Shown: positions 1 to 18,000 of the stretch, piece by piece | How the letters are laid out: each line of letters starts with the position of its first letter | Numbering within the stretch: position 1 is the stretch's first letter | Assembly (NCBI GenBank): GCA_964016885.1 | Contig: OZ024740.1 | Span: forward strand, 35,836,001-35,900,000 | DNA: 64,000 nt | Direction: 5' to 3' | DNA from: Eledone cirrhosa | Taxonomy: Eukaryota | Notes under the pieces: generated by a model | What the model saw: only the letters and a program-made list of their open reading frames with translations | Databases searched by the model: none | What the model was told of the DNA's origin: nothing | Translations under genes and position numbers: made by a program

Positions 1-3000
1 TGTCACAATTAATATATCCGTACTGTACACTTTATCCGTTATATACACTTCAAAACACTGTCACTACTAATATATCTATATTGTATATTTTACCTGTTCT
101 ATACACATCACAACACTGTCATAACTAATATATCTCTACTTTACACTTTATCGGTTATATACACCTCACAACTAATATATGTATATTGTAAACTTTATAT
201 GTTATATACACATCACAACACTATCACAACTAATAGATCTATACTGTACGCATTATCTGTTATATACACTTTACAACAAAGTCACAACTAATATATCTGT
301 ATTGTACACATATTCTGTTATATAAACCTCACAACACTGTCACAACTAATATATCTATATTCTACATTTAATCTGTTATATACACTTCAGAACACTGTCA
401 CAACTGATATCTATATTGTACACTATATCTGTTATATACACCTCACAGCACTGTCACAACTAATACATCTCTTCTGTACACTTCATCTGTTTTATACACT
501 TCATAACACTGTCACAACTAATATATCTGTCCTGTACACTTTATCTGTTATTTACCCTTCACAACACTGTCACAACTAATGTATTTTATTGTACACTTTA
601 TCTGTTATATACACTTCACAACACTGTTACAACCAATATATCTGTGTTGTACACTTTACCTGTTATATACACCTCACAGCACTGTCACAACTAATATATC
701 TATATTGTAACCTTTACCTGTTATATACAGTTCACCACACTGTCACAACTAATATATCTGTATTGTACACACTATCTCTTATATAAACTTCACAACACTA
801 TCACGACTAATATATCTATATTGTAGACTTTACCTGTTATATACACCTCACAACACTGTCACAACTAATATATCTGTATTGTACACTTTATCTGTTATAT
901 ACACCTCACAACACTGTCACAACTAATACATCTATATTGTACATTTTACCTGTTATATACACATTTCATCACTGTCAGAACAAATATATCTATACTTTAC
1001 ACTTTATCGGTTATATACACCTCACAACTAATATATGTATATTGTAAACTTTATCTGTTATATACACCTCACAACACTGTCACAACTAATATATCTATAT
1101 TGTACTCTTTATCTGTTATATACACTTCACAACACTATCACAACTAATATATCTGTACTTTCCACTTTATCTGTTATATACACCTCACAACACTGTCACA
1201 ACTAATATATTTGTATTGTACACTTTATCTGTTATATACACCTCACAACACTGTCCCTATTAATATATCTATATTGTACACTTTATCTGTTATATACACC
1301 TCAGAGCACTGTCACAACAAATACATCTCTTCTGTACACTTTATCTGTTATTTACACTTCACACACTGTCACAACTAATATATCCGTATTGTACACTTTA
1401 TCCGTTATATATACTTCACAAGACTGTTACAACTAATATATCTATATTGTAGACTTTACCTGTTATATACACCTCACAACACTGTCACAACTAATATATC
1501 TGTATTGTACACTTTATCTGTTATATACACTTCACAACACTGTCACAACATATATATTCGCATTGTACACTTTATCTGTTATATACACCTCACAACACTA
1601 TCACAACTAATATATCTATATTGTACATGTTACCTGTTTTATACACATCACATCACTGTCATAATTAATATATCTCTACTTTACACATTATCGGTTACAT
1701 ACACCTCGCAACTAATATATGTATATTGTAAACTTTATATGTTATATACACCTCACAACACTGTCACAACTAATATACCTATATTGTACACGTTATCTGT
1801 TATATGTACCTCACAACACTGTCTCAACTAATATATCTATATTGTACACTTTACCTGTTGTATACACCTCACAGCACCGCCACAAGTAATACATCTCTAC
1901 TGTACACTTTTATCTGTTATATACACTTACCAACACTGTCACAACTAATATATTTGAACTGTACCCTTTATCTGTTATATAAACCTTACAAAACTGTCAC
2001 AACTAATATATCTGTATTGTACACTTTATCTGTTATATACACCTCACAACACTGTCACTATTAATATATGTATATTGTACACTTTATCTGTTATATACAC
2101 TTCACAACACTGTCACAACTAATATATCTGTATTGTACACTTTATCTGTTATATAAACCTCACAGCACCGCCACAACTAATACATCTCTACTGTACACTT
2201 TATCTGTTATATACACTTCCCAACACTGTCACAACTAATATATTTGAACTGTACCGTTTATCTGTTATACACACTTCACAACATTGTCACACTAATACAT
2301 CTCTTCTGTACACTTTATCTGTTATATACACTTCACAACACTGTCACAACTGATATATCTGTACTGCACACATTATCTGTTATTTACACTTCACAACACT
2401 GTCACAACTATTATATCTGTATTGTATACTTAATCTGTTATATAAACCTTATAACACTGTCACAACTAATATATCTGTATTGTACACTTTACCTGTTATA
2501 TACATTTCACAACATTGTCACACTAATACATCTCTTCTGTACACTTTATCTGTTATTTACACTTCACAACACTGTCACAACTAATATATCTGTATTGTAC
2601 ACATTATCTGTTATATACACTTCACAACACTGTCACAACTAATATATCTATTTGTAAACTTTATCTGTTATATACACTTCACAACACTGTCACAACTAAT
2701 ATATCCGTATTGTACACTGTATCCGTTATATACACTTCACAACACTGTTACAACTGATTTCTCTATATTGTAGACCGTACCTGTTATATACACCTCACAA
2801 CACTGTCACAACTAATATATCTGTATTGTACACTTTATCTGTTATATACACTTCACAACACTGTCACAACATATATATTCGCATTGTACAATTTATCTGT
2901 TATATACACCTCACAACACTGTCACAACTAATATATCTATATTGTAAACTTTACCTGTTATATAAACTTCACCACACTGTCACAACTAATATATCTATAT

Positions 3001-6000
3001 TGTACACTTTACCTGTTATATACACTTCACAACATCGTCACAAATAATATATCTATATTGTACACTTTATCTGTTACATACACCTCACAACACTGTAACA
3101 ACTAATATATCTGTATTGTACACTTTATCTTTTATATACAGCTCACAGCACCGCCACAACTAATACATCTCTATTGTACACTTTATCTGTTATATACACC
3201 TCACAACACTGACACAACTAATATATTTGAACTGTACCCTTTATCTGTTATATACACTTCACAACATTGTCATAAGTAATATATCTGTATTGTACACTTT
3301 ACCTCTTATACACACTTCACAACACTGTCACAACTAATATATCTGTATTGTACACATTATCTGTTATATACACATCACAACACTGTCACAACTGATATAT
3401 CTGTAGTGTACACTTAATCTGTTATATAAACCTTACAACACTGACACAACTGATATATCTGTATCGTACACTTTACCTGTTATATACACTTCACAAAATT
3501 TTCACAACTAATACCCCTCTTCTGAACACTTTATCTGTTATATACACTTCACAACACTGTCACAACTAATATATCTGTACTGCATACTTTATCCGTTATT
3601 TACACTTCACAACACTGTCACAACTAATATATCTGTACTGCATACTTTACCTGTTATATACACCTCACAACATTGTCACAAATAATACATCTCTTCTGTA
3701 CACTTTATCTGTTATATACACTTCACAACACTGTCACAACTAATATATCTATATTGTAGACTGTACCTGTTTTATACACCTCACAACAATGTCACAACTA
3801 ATATATCTGTATTGTACATTTTACCTGTTATATACACATCTCATCACTGTCAGAACTAATATATCTCTACTTTACACTTTATCGGTTATATACACCTCAA
3901 ACTAATATAAGTATATTGTAAACTTTATATGTTATATACACTTCAGAACACTGTCACAACTAATATATCTGTATAGTACCCGTTACCTCTTATATACACT
4001 TCACAACACTGTCACAACTAATATATCTATACTGTACACTTTATCTGTTATATACATCTCACAACTCTGTCAAAACTAATATATCTATATTGTACGCTTT
4101 ATCTGTTATATACACTTCACAACACTGTCACAATATATATATTCGTATTGTACACTTTTTCTGTTATATACACCTCACAACACTGTCACAACTAATATAT
4201 CTGTACTGCATACTTTATCCGTTATTTACACTTCACAACACTGTCACAACTAATATATCTGCACTGCATACTTTACCTGTTATATACACCTCACAACATT
4301 GTCACAACTAATACATCTCTTCTGTACACTTTATCTGTTATATACACTTCACAACACTGTCACAACTAATATATCTGTACTGCATACTTTATCTGTTATT
4401 TACACTTCACAACACTGTCACAACTAATATATCTGTACTGCATACTTTACCTGTTATATACACCTCACAACATTGTCACAACTAATACTTCTCTTCTGTA
4501 CACTTTATCTGTTATATACACTTCAGAACACTGTCACAACTAATATATCTGTATAGTACACGTTACCTCTTATATACATTTCACAACACTGTCACAACTA
4601 ATATATCTATACTGTACATTTTATCTGTTATATACATCTCACAACTCTGTCACAACTAATATATCTATATTGTACGCTTTATATGTTATATACACTTCAC
4701 AACACTGTCACAATATATATATTCGCATTGTACACATTATCTTTTATATACACCTCACAACACTGTCACAACTAATATATTTATATTATAACTTTATCTG
4801 TTATATACGCGTCACAACACTGTCACAACTAATATATCTATATTGTATATTTTACCAGTTCTATACACATCACATCACTGTCATAACTAATATATCTCTA
4901 CTGTACACTTTATCTGTTATATACACCTCACAACTAATATATGTATATTGTAAACTTTATATGTTATATACACCTCACAACACTATCACAACTAATATAT
5001 CTATACTGTACGATTTACCTGTTATATACACCTCACAACACTGTCACAACTAATATATCTATATTGTACATTTTCTCTGTTATATACACTTCAGGACACT
5101 GTCACAACTAATATCTATGTTGTACACTTTATCTGTTATATAGACCTCACAGCACTGTCACAACTAATACATCTCTTCTGTACACTTCATCTGTTTTATA
5201 CACTTCACAACACTGTCACAACTAATATATCTGTATTGTACACTTTATCTGTTATATAGAATTCACAACACTGTTACAACTAATATAACTGTGTTGTACA
5301 CTTTACCTGTTATATACACTTTACAACACTGTCACAACTAATATATCTATACTGTACACTTTATCTGTTATATACACCACACAGCACTGTCATAACTAAT
5401 ATATCTATGTTGTACAAATTATCTGTTATATACACCTCACATCACTGTCTCAACTAATATATCTATATGGTACACTTTACCTGTTATATACACCTCACAG
5501 CACCGCCACAACTAATACATCTCTACGGTACACTTTATCTGTTATATACACTTCCCAACACTGTTACAACTAATATATCTATATTGTACACTTTATCTGT
5601 TATATAAACTTCACAACACTGTCATAACTAATATATCTGTATTGTACGCCTTATCTGTTGTATATACCTCACAGCACTGTCACAACTAATATATCTATAT
5701 TGTACACTTTATCTGTTATATATATCTCACAACACTGTCACAACTAATGTATCTATATTGTAAACTTTACCTGTTATATAAACTTCACCACACTGTCAAA
5801 AATAATATTTCTGTATTGTACACATTATGTGTTATATACAACGCACAACACTGTCACAACTAATATACCTATATTGTACACGTTATCTGTTGTATACACC
5901 TCACAAAACGGTCTCAACTAATATATCTATATTGTACACGTTATCTGTTGTATACACCTCACAACACTGTCACAACTAATATATATGTATTGTACACTTT

Positions 6001-9000
6001 ATCTGTTATATACACGTGACAACACTGTCACAACTAATATATCTATATTGTATATTTTACCAGTTCTATACAGATCTAATCACTGTCATAACTAATATAT
6101 CTCTACTTTACACTTTATCGGTTATATACACCTCACAACTAATATATGTATATTGTAAACTTTATATGTTATATACACCTCACAACACTATCACAACTAA
6201 TATATCTATACTGTACACATTATCTGTTATATACACTTCACAACACTGTCACAACTAATATATCTATATTGTACACTTTACCTGTTATATACACTTCACA
6301 ACATTGTCACAAATAATATATCTATATTGTACACTTTATCTGTTACATACACCTCACAACACTGTCACAACTAATATATCTGTATTGTACACTTTATCTG
6401 TTATATACACCTCACAGCACCGCCACAACTAATACATCTCTATTGTACACTTTATCTGTTGTATACACCTCACAACACTGACACAACTAATATATTTGAA
6501 CTGTACCCTTTATCTGTTATATACACTTTTCAACATTTTCATAAGTAATATATCTGTATTGTACACTTTACCTCTAATACACACTTCACAACACTGTCAC
6601 AACTAATATATCTGTATTGTACACATTATCTGTTATATACACATCGCAACACTCTCAAAGCTGATATATCTGTAGTGTACACTTAATCTGTTATATAAAC
6701 CTTACAACACTGTCACAACTGATATATCTGTATTGTGCACTTTACCTGTTATATACACTTCACAACATTGTCACAACTAATACATCTCTTCTGAACACTT
6801 TATCTGTTATATACACTTCACAACACTGTCACAACTAATATATCTGTACTGCATACTTTATCTGTTATTTACACTTCACAACACTGTCACAACTAATAAA
6901 TCTGTATTGTACACTTTACCCGTTATATACACCTCACAACATTTTCACAACTAATACAACTCTTCTGTACACTTTATCTGTTATATACACTTCACAACAC
7001 TGTCACAACTAATATAACTATATTGTAGACTGTACCTGTTTTATACACCTCACAACAATGTCACAACTAATATATCTGTATTGTACATTTTACCTGTTAT
7101 ATACACATCTCATCACTGTCAGAACTAATATATCTCTACTTTACACTTTATCGGTTATATACACCTCAAACTAATATATGTATATTGTAAACTTTATATG
7201 TTATATACACTTCAGAACACTGTCACAACTAATATATCTGTATAGTACACTTTACCTCTTATATACACTTCACAACACTGTCACAACTAATATATCTATA
7301 CTGTACACTTTATCTGTTATATACACTTCACAACACTGTCACAACTAATATATCTGTATAGTACACTTTACCTCTTATATACACTTCACAACACTGTCAC
7401 AACTAATATATCTATACTGCACACTTTATCTGTTATATACACTTCACATCACTGTCACAACTAATATATCTATATTGTACGCTTTATCTGTTATATACAC
7501 TTCACAACACTGTCACAATATATATATTCGCATTGTACACATTATCTGTTATATACACCTCCCAACACTGTCACAACCAATATATTTATATTACGACTTT
7601 ATCTGTTATATACTCGTCACAACACTATCACAACTAATATATCTATATTGTATATTTTAGCTGTTTTATACAAATAACATCACTGTCATAACTAATATAT
7701 CTCTACTGTACACTTTATCGGTTATATACACCTCACAACTAATATATGTATATTGTAAACGTTATATGTTATATACACCTCACAACACTATCACAACTAA
7801 TATATCTATACTGTACACATTATCTGTTATATACACTTCACAACAATGTCACAACTAATATATCTGTATTGTAAACTTAATCTGTTATATAAACCTTACA
7901 GCACTGTCACAACTAACATATCTGTATTGTACACATTACCTTTTATATACACTTCACAACATTGTCACAACTAATATATATATACTGTACGATTTACCTG
8001 TTATATACACCTCACAACACTGTCACAATTAATATATCTATATTGTACATATTATCTGTTATATACACTTCACAACACTGTTACAACTAATATATCTGTG
8101 TTGTACACTTTACCTGTTATATACACTTCACAACACTGTCACAACTAATATATCTATATTGTACACTTTATCTGTTATATACACCACACAGCACTGTCAT
8201 AACTAATATATCTATGTTGTACACATTATCTGTTATATACACCTCACAACACTGTCTCAACTATAATATCTATATTGTACACTTTACCTGTTATATACAC
8301 CTCACAGCACTGTCACAACTAATGTATCTATATTGTAAACTTTACCTGTTATATAAACTTCACCACACAGTCACAACTAATATTTCTGTATTGTACACTT
8401 TATGTGTTATATACACCTCACAACACTGACACAACTAATATACCTATATTGGACACGTTATCTGTTGTATACACCTCACAACACGGTCTCAACTAATATA
8501 TCTATATTGTACACTTTATCTGTTATATACACTTCACAACACTGTTACAACTAATATATATGTATTTTACACTTAATCTGTTATGTAAACCTTACAACAC
8601 TGTCACAACTAATATATCTGTATTGTACACTTTATCTGTTATATACACCTCACAACACTGTCACTATTAATATATCTATATTGTACACTTTATCTGTTAT
8701 ATACACCTAACAGCACTTTCACAACAAATACATTTCTTCTGTACACGTTATCTGTTATATACACGTCACAACAATGTCACAACTAATATATCTATATTGT
8801 ATATTTTATCAGTTCTATACAGATCACATCACTGTCATAACTAATATATCTCTACTTAACACTTTATTGGTTATATACACCTCACAACTAATATATGTAT
8901 ATTGTAAACTTTATATGTTATATAAACCTCACAAAACTATTACAACTAATATATCTATACTGTACACTTTATCTGTTATATAAACCTCACAGCACCGCCA

Positions 9001-12000
9001 CATCTAATACATCTCTACAGTACACTTTATCTGTTATTTACACTTCCCAACACTGTCACAACTAATATATATGAACTGTACCCTTTATCTGTTATATACA
9101 CTTCACAACACTGTCACAACTAATATATCTGTATTGTACACATTATCTTTTATATACACTTCACAACACTGTCACAACTAATATATCTATATTGTACACT
9201 TTATCTGTTATATAAACCTCACAGCACCGCCACAACTAATACATCTCTACTGTACACTTTATCTGTTATTTACACATCCCAACACTGTCACAACTAATAT
9301 ATTTGAACTGTACCCTTTATCTGTTATATACACTTCACAACAATGTCACAACTAATATATCTATATTGTATACTTTACCTGTTATATACACTTCACAACA
9401 TCGTCACAAATAATATATCTATATCGTACAGTTTATCTGTTACATACACCCCACAACACTGTCACAACTAATATATCTGTATTGTACACTATATCTGTTA
9501 TATACACCTCACAACACTGACACAACTAATATATTTGAACTTTACCATATATCTGTTATATACACTTCACAACATTGTCATAAGTAATATATCTGTATTG
9601 TACACTTTACCTCTTATACACACTTCAGAACACTGTCACAACTAATATATCTGTATTGTACACATTATCTGTTATATACACTTCACAACACTGTCACAAC
9701 TGATATATCTGTAGTGTACACTTAATCTGTTATATAAACCTTACAACACTGTCACAACTGATATATCGGTATTGTACACTTTACCTGTTATATACACTTC
9801 ACAACTTTGTCACAACTAACACATCTCTTCTGAACACTTTATCTGTTATATACACTTCACAACACTGTCACAACTAATATATCTGTACTGCATACTTTAT
9901 CTGTTATTTACACTTAACAACACTGTCACAACTAATATATCTGTATTGTACACTTTACCTGTTATATACACCTCACAACATTGTCACAACTAATATATCT
10001 GTATTGTACATATTACCTGTTATATACACATCTCATCACTGTCAGAAATAATATATCTCTACTTTACACATTATCGGTTTTATACACCTCACAACTAATG
10101 TATATATATTGTAAAGTTTATATGTTATATACACCTCACAACACTGTCACAACTAATATATCTATACTGCACACTTTATCTGTTATATACACTTCACAAC
10201 ACTGTCACAACTAATATATCTATACTTTACACATTATCTGTTATATATATCTCACAACACTGTCACAACGTATATATCTATACTGTACACTTTATCTGTT
10301 ATATACACCTCACAACACTATCACAACTAATATATCTATACTGTACACATTATCTGTTATATACACTTCACAACACTGTCACAACTAATATATCTGTATT
10401 GTACACTTTACCTTTTAAATACACTTCACGACATCGTCACAAATAATATATCGATACTGTACGATTTACCTGTTATATACACCTCACAACACTGTCAACA
10501 ATTAATATATCTATATTGTACATTTTATATTTTATATACACTTCACAAGATTGTCACAACTAATATATCTGTATTGTACACACTATCTCTTATATACACT
10601 TCACAACACTGTCACAACTAATATATCTATATTGTACACGTTATCTGTTATATACACCACACAGCACTGTCATAACTAATATATCTATGTTGTACACATT
10701 ATCTGTTACATACACTTCACAACAATGTCACAACTAATATATCTGTATTGTACGCCTCATCTGTTGTATACACCTCACAGCACTGTCACAACTAATGTAT
10801 CTATATTGTAAACTTTACCTGTTATATAAACTTCACATCACTGTCACAACTAACATTTCTGTATCGTACACTTCATGTGTTATATACACCTCACAACACT
10901 GTCACTATTAATATATCTATATTGTACACTTTATCTGTTATATACATCTAACAGCACTTTCACAACAAATACATTTCTTCTGTACACTTTATCTGTTAAA
11001 TACATGTCACAACACTGTCACAACTAATATATATCTACTTTACACTTTATCGGTTATATACACCTCACAACTAATATATGTATATTGTAAACTTTATATG
11101 TTATATACACCTCACAACACTATCACAACTAATACATCTCTTCTGAACACTTTATCTGTTATATACACTTCACAACACTGTCACAACTAATATATCTGTA
11201 CTGCATACTTTATCTGTTATTTACACTTCACAACACTGTCAGAACTAATATATCTGTATTGTACACTTTACCTGTTATATACACCTCACAACATTGTCAC
11301 AACTAATACATCTCTTCTGTACACTTTATCTGTTATATACACTTCACAACACTATCACAACTAATATATCTATATTGTAGACTGTACCTGTTTTATACAC
11401 CTCACAACAATGTCACAACTAATATATCTGTATTGTACACTTTATCTGTTATATACACTTCACAACACTGTCAGAACTAATATATCTATATAGTACATAT
11501 TACCTGTTATATACACATCTCATCACTGTCAGAACTAATATATCTCTACTTTACACATTATCGTTTATATACACCTCACAACTAATATATGTATATTGTA
11601 AACTTTATATGTTATATACACCTCACAACACTGTCACAACTAATATATCTATATTGTACACTTTATCTGTTATATACACTTCAGAACACTGTTACAACTA
11701 ATATATCTGTTTAGTACACTTTACCTCTTATATACACTTCACAACACTGTCACAACTAATATATCTATACTTTACACATGATCTGTTATATATATCTCAC
11801 AACACTGTCACAACTAATATATCTGTACTTTACACATTATCTGTTATATATATCTCACAACACTGTCACAACTAATATATCTATACTGTACACTTCATCT
11901 GTTATATACGCCTCACAACACTGTTACAATTAATATATCTATATTGTACACTTTATCTGTTCACCTCACATCATTTTCACAAGAAATACATCACTTCTGT

Positions 12001-15000
12001 ACACTTTATCTGTTATTTACACTTCACACACTGTCACAACTAATATATCCGTATTGTACACTTTATCCGTTATATGCACTTCACAACACTATCACAACTA
12101 ATATATTTATATTGTACACTTTACCTGTTATATACACTTCACAACACTGTCACAACTAATATATCTGTATTGTACACTTTATCTGTTATATACACTTCAC
12201 AACACTGTCACAACATATATATTCGCATTGTACATTTTATCTGTTATATACACCTCACAACACTGTCACAACTAATATATTTATATTACAACATTATCTG
12301 TTATATACACGTCACAACACTGTCACAACTAATATATCTATATTGTATATTTTACCTGTTCTATACACATCACATCACTGTCATAACTGATATATCTCTA
12401 CTTTATACTTTATCGGTTATATACACCTCACAATTAATATATGTATATTGTAAACATTATATGTTATATACACCTCACAACACTATCACAACTAATATAT
12501 CTATACTGTACACATTATCTGTTATATACACTTCACAACACTGTCACAACTAATATATCTGTATTACACACTTTACCTTTTATATACACTTCACGACATT
12601 GTCACAACTAATATATCGATACTGCACGATTTACCTGTTATATACACCTCACAACAGTCACAATTAATATATCTATATTGTACATTTTATCTGTTATATA
12701 CACTTCATAACACTGTCACAACTAATATCTATATTGTACATTTTATCTGTTATATACACCTTACAGCACTGTCACAACTAATATATCTCTTCTGTACACT
12801 TCATCTGTTTTATACACTTCACAACACTGTCACAACTAATAAATCGGTACTGTACAATTTATCTGTTATTTACCCATCACAACACTGTCACAACTAATAT
12901 ATCTGTATTGTACACTTTATCTGTTATATATACTTCACAACACTGTTACAACTAATATATCTGTGTTGTACACTTTATCTGTTATATACACTTCACAACA
13001 CTGTCACAACTAATATATCTATATTGTACACTTTATCTGTCATATACACCTCACAGCACGGTCACAACTAACATATCTGTATTGTACACTTTATCTGTTA
13101 TATACACTTCACAACACTGTCACAACATATATATTCGCATTGTACACTTTATCTGTTATATAGACCTCACAACACTCTCACAACTGATATATCTATATTG
13201 GACATTTTACCTGTTATATACACATCTCATCACTGTCAGAACTAATATAACTCTACTTTACACTTTATCGGTTATATACACCTCACAACTAATATATCTA
13301 TATTGTACTCTTTATCTGTTATTTACACTTCAGAACACTGTCACAACTAATATATCTGTATAGTACACTTCACATCTAGTATATACACTTCACAACACTG
13401 TCACAACTATTATATCTATACTGTAAACTTTATCTGTTATATACACTTCATACCACTGTCACAACTAATATATCTGTACTTTACACATTATCTGTTATAT
13501 ATATCTCACAACACTGTCACAATTAATATATCTACACTGTACCATTTATCTGTTATATACACCTCACAACACTGTCACAATTAATATATCTATATTGTGC
13601 ACTTCATCTGTTATATACACTTCACAACACTGCCACAACTAATATATCTGTACTTTACACTTTATCTGTTATATACACTTTAGAACACGGTCACAACTAA
13701 TATATCTATATTGTACACTCTATCTCTTATATACACTTCACAACACTGTCCCAACTCATATATCTATAATGTACAATGTACCAGTTATATACACTTCACA
13801 ACACTGTCAGAACTAATATATCCGTATTGTACACTGTATCCGTTATATACACTTCACAACACAGTCACAACTAAAGTATCTATATTGCATACTTTACATG
13901 TTATACACACTAACAACACTGTCACAACTAATATATCTATATTGTAGACTTTATCTGTTATATACACTTCACAACACTGTCACAACAATATATCTATATT
14001 GTGCACTTCATCTGTTATATACATTTCACAACACTGTCACAACTAATATATCTGTACTTTACACTTTATCTGTTATATACACTTTAGAACACGGTCACAA
14101 CTAATATATCTATATTGTGCACTTTAACTGTTATACACTCCTCACAACACTGTCACAACTAATATATCTATATTGTACAATTTATCTGTTATATGCACTT
14201 CACAACACTGTCAGAACTAATATATCCGTATTGTACACTGTATCCGTTATATACACTTCACAACACAGTCAAAACTAAAGTATCTATATTGCACACTTTA
14301 CATGTTATACACACTAACAACACTGTCACAACTAATATATCTATATTGTAGACTTTATCTGTTATATACACTTCACAACACTGTCACAACTAATATATCT
14401 GTACTTTACACTTTATCTGTTATATACACTTTAGAACACTGTCACAACTAATATATCTGTATTGTACACATTATCTATTATATACACTTCATAACACTGT
14501 TACAACTAATATATCTGTGTTGTACACTTCACCTGTTATATACACTTCACAACACTGTCACAACTAATATATCTATATTGTACACTTTATCTTTTATATA
14601 CACCTCACAGCACTGTCACAACTAATATATCTATATTGTACACTTTATCTGTTATATACACCTCACAGCACTGTCACAACTAATATATCTGTATTGTACA
14701 CTTCACCTGTTATATACACATCACAACACTGTCACAACTAATACATCTATATCGTACAATTTATCTGTTATATACACCACACAACACTGTCATAACTAAT
14801 ATATCTACGTTGTACACTTTAGCTGTTACATACATTTCACAACACTGTCACAACTAATATATCTGTATCGTACGTTTTATCTGTTATATACACCTCACAG
14901 CACTGTCACAACTAATATATCTATATAGTACACTTTTTCTGTTATATATATCTCACAACACTATCACAACTAATATATCTGTATTACACACTTTACCTTT

Positions 15001-18000
15001 TATATACACTTCACGACATTGTCACAACTAATATATCGATACTGCACGATTTACCTGTTATATACACCTCACAACAGTCACAATTAATATATCTATATTG
15101 TACATTTTATCTGTTATATACACTTCATAACACTGTCACAACTAATATCTATATTGTACATTTTATCTGTTATATACACCTTACAGCACTGTCACAACTA
15201 ATATATCTCTTCTGTACACTTCATCTGTTTTATACACTTCACAACACTGTCACAACTAATAAATCGGTACTGTACAATTTATCTGTTATTTACCCATCAC
15301 AACACTGTCACAACTAATATATCTGTATTGTACACTTTATCTGTTATATATACTTCACAACACTGTTACAACTAATATATCTGTGTTGTACACTTTATCT
15401 GTTATATACACTTCACAACACTGTCACAACTAATATATCTATATTATACATGTTATCTGTTATATACACCTCACAACACTGTCACAACTAATATATCTAT
15501 ACTGTACACTGTTTCTGTTATATACACTTCACAGCCCTTTCACAACTAATATGTCTGTACTGTACCCTTTATCTTTTATATACACCTCACAGAACTGTCA
15601 CAACTAATATATCTATATATACACTTTATCTGTTATATACATTTCACAACACTGTCACAACATATATATCTGTACTTTACCCTTTACCTGTTATATACAC
15701 TTCAGAACACTGTCACAATTAATATATCTGTATTGTACACTTTATCTGTTATATACACGTCACAACACTCTCACAACTAATATATCTATATACTACATTT
15801 TACCTGTTATATACACATCACATCACTGTAAGAACTAATATATCTCTTCTTTACAATTTATCTGTTATATATACTTCGCAACACTGTCAAAAGTAATATA
15901 TCTGTGTTTCTACACTTTATCTGTTAAATACGCTTCACAACACTGTCACAACTAATATATCTATGTTGTACACTTTATCTGTTATATACACCTCACAACA
16001 CTGTCACAACTAATATATCCGTATTGTACACTTTATCTGTTATATACACCTCACAGCACTGTCACAACTAATATATCTATATTGTACACTTTATCTGTTA
16101 TATATATATCTCACAACACTGTCACAACTAATATATCTGTATTGTACACTTTATCTGTTATATACACATTATAACAATGTCACAACTAATATATCTCTAC
16201 TTTACACTTTATCGGTTATATACACCTCACAACTAATATATGTATATTGTAAACTTCATATGTTATATATACCTCACAACACTGTCACAACTAATACATC
16301 TATATTGTACACTTTATCTGTTATATACATTTCACAACACTGTCACAATTAATATATCCGTATTGTACACTTTATCCGTTATATACACTTCACAACACAG
16401 TCACAACTAATGTATCTATATTACACCCTTTACATGTTATACACACCTAACAACACTGTCACAACTAATATATCTATATTGTACACTTTACCTCTTATAC
16501 ACACTTCACAACACTGTCACAACTAATATATCTGTACTTTACACTTTATCTGTTATATACTCCTCCCAACACTGTCCCAACTAATATATCTATATTGTAC
16601 ACTTTACCTGTTATATACACTTCACAACATCGTCACAACTAATATATCTATATTGTACACTTTATCTGTTATATACACCTCACAACACTGTCACAACTAA
16701 TATATCTGTATTGTACACTTTATCTGTTATATACACCTCACAGCACCGCCACAACTAATACATCTCTACTGTACACTTTATCTGTTATATACACTTCCCA
16801 ACACTGTCACAACTACTATATTTGAACTGTACCCTTTATCTGTTATATACACTTCACAACATTGTCATAAGTAATATATCTGTATTGTACACTTTACCTC
16901 TTATACACACTTCACAACACTGTCACAACTAATATATTTATATTGAACACTGTATCTGTTCTATATATCTCACAACACTGTCACAACTAATATATATGTA
17001 TTGTACACTTTACCTGTTATATACACCTCACAACACTGTTACAACTAATATATCTATATTGTACACTTTATCTGTTATATACACCTCACAGCACCGTCAC
17101 AACTAATATATCTCTACTGTACACTTCATCTGTTATATACACTTCACAACACTGTCACAACTAATACATCTGTATTGTACACTTTATCTGTTATGTACAC
17201 CTCACAACACTGTCACAACTAATATACCTGTATTGTACACTTTATCTGTTATATACACCTCACATCACCGTCACAACTAATACATCTCTACTGTATATTT
17301 ATCTGTTATATACACTTCACAACACTGTCAAAACTAATATATCTGTACTGTACACTTTATCTGCTATATACACCTCACAACTAATATATCGTTTTTGTAC
17401 ATTTGATCTGTTATATACACTTCACCACACTGTCACAAATAATATATCTGTATTGTACACTTCATCTGTTATATACAACTCACAGCACTATCACAACTCA
17501 TACATCTCTACTGTACACTTTATCTGTTATATACACTTCACAACACTGTCACAACTAATATATCTGTACTGTACACTTTATCTTTTATATACACCTCACA
17601 ACTTATATATGTATATTGTACATTTCATCTGTTATATACACTTCACCACACTGTCACAACTAATATATCTATATTGTACACTTCATCTGTTTTATACACC
17701 TCACAGCACTGTCACAACTAATACATCTCTACTGTACACCTTATCTGTTATATACACTTCACAACACTGTCATAACTAATATATCTGTACTATACCCTTT
17801 ATCTGTTATATACACTTCACAACATTGTCATCATTAATATATCTATATTGTACACTTTATTTGTTATATATATCTCACAACACTGCCACAACTAATATAC
17901 CTGTACTGTACACTTTACTTGTTATATACACTTCACAACATTTTCACAACTAATATATCTATATTGTACACTTTATCTGTTATATACACTCAACAACACT

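Noticed and set aside
589-17779. Many 60-160 aa Y/T/L/I/H-rich ORFs
   Set aside because: They are translations of the 58-bp satellite cycling through frames, with no domain or splice support.
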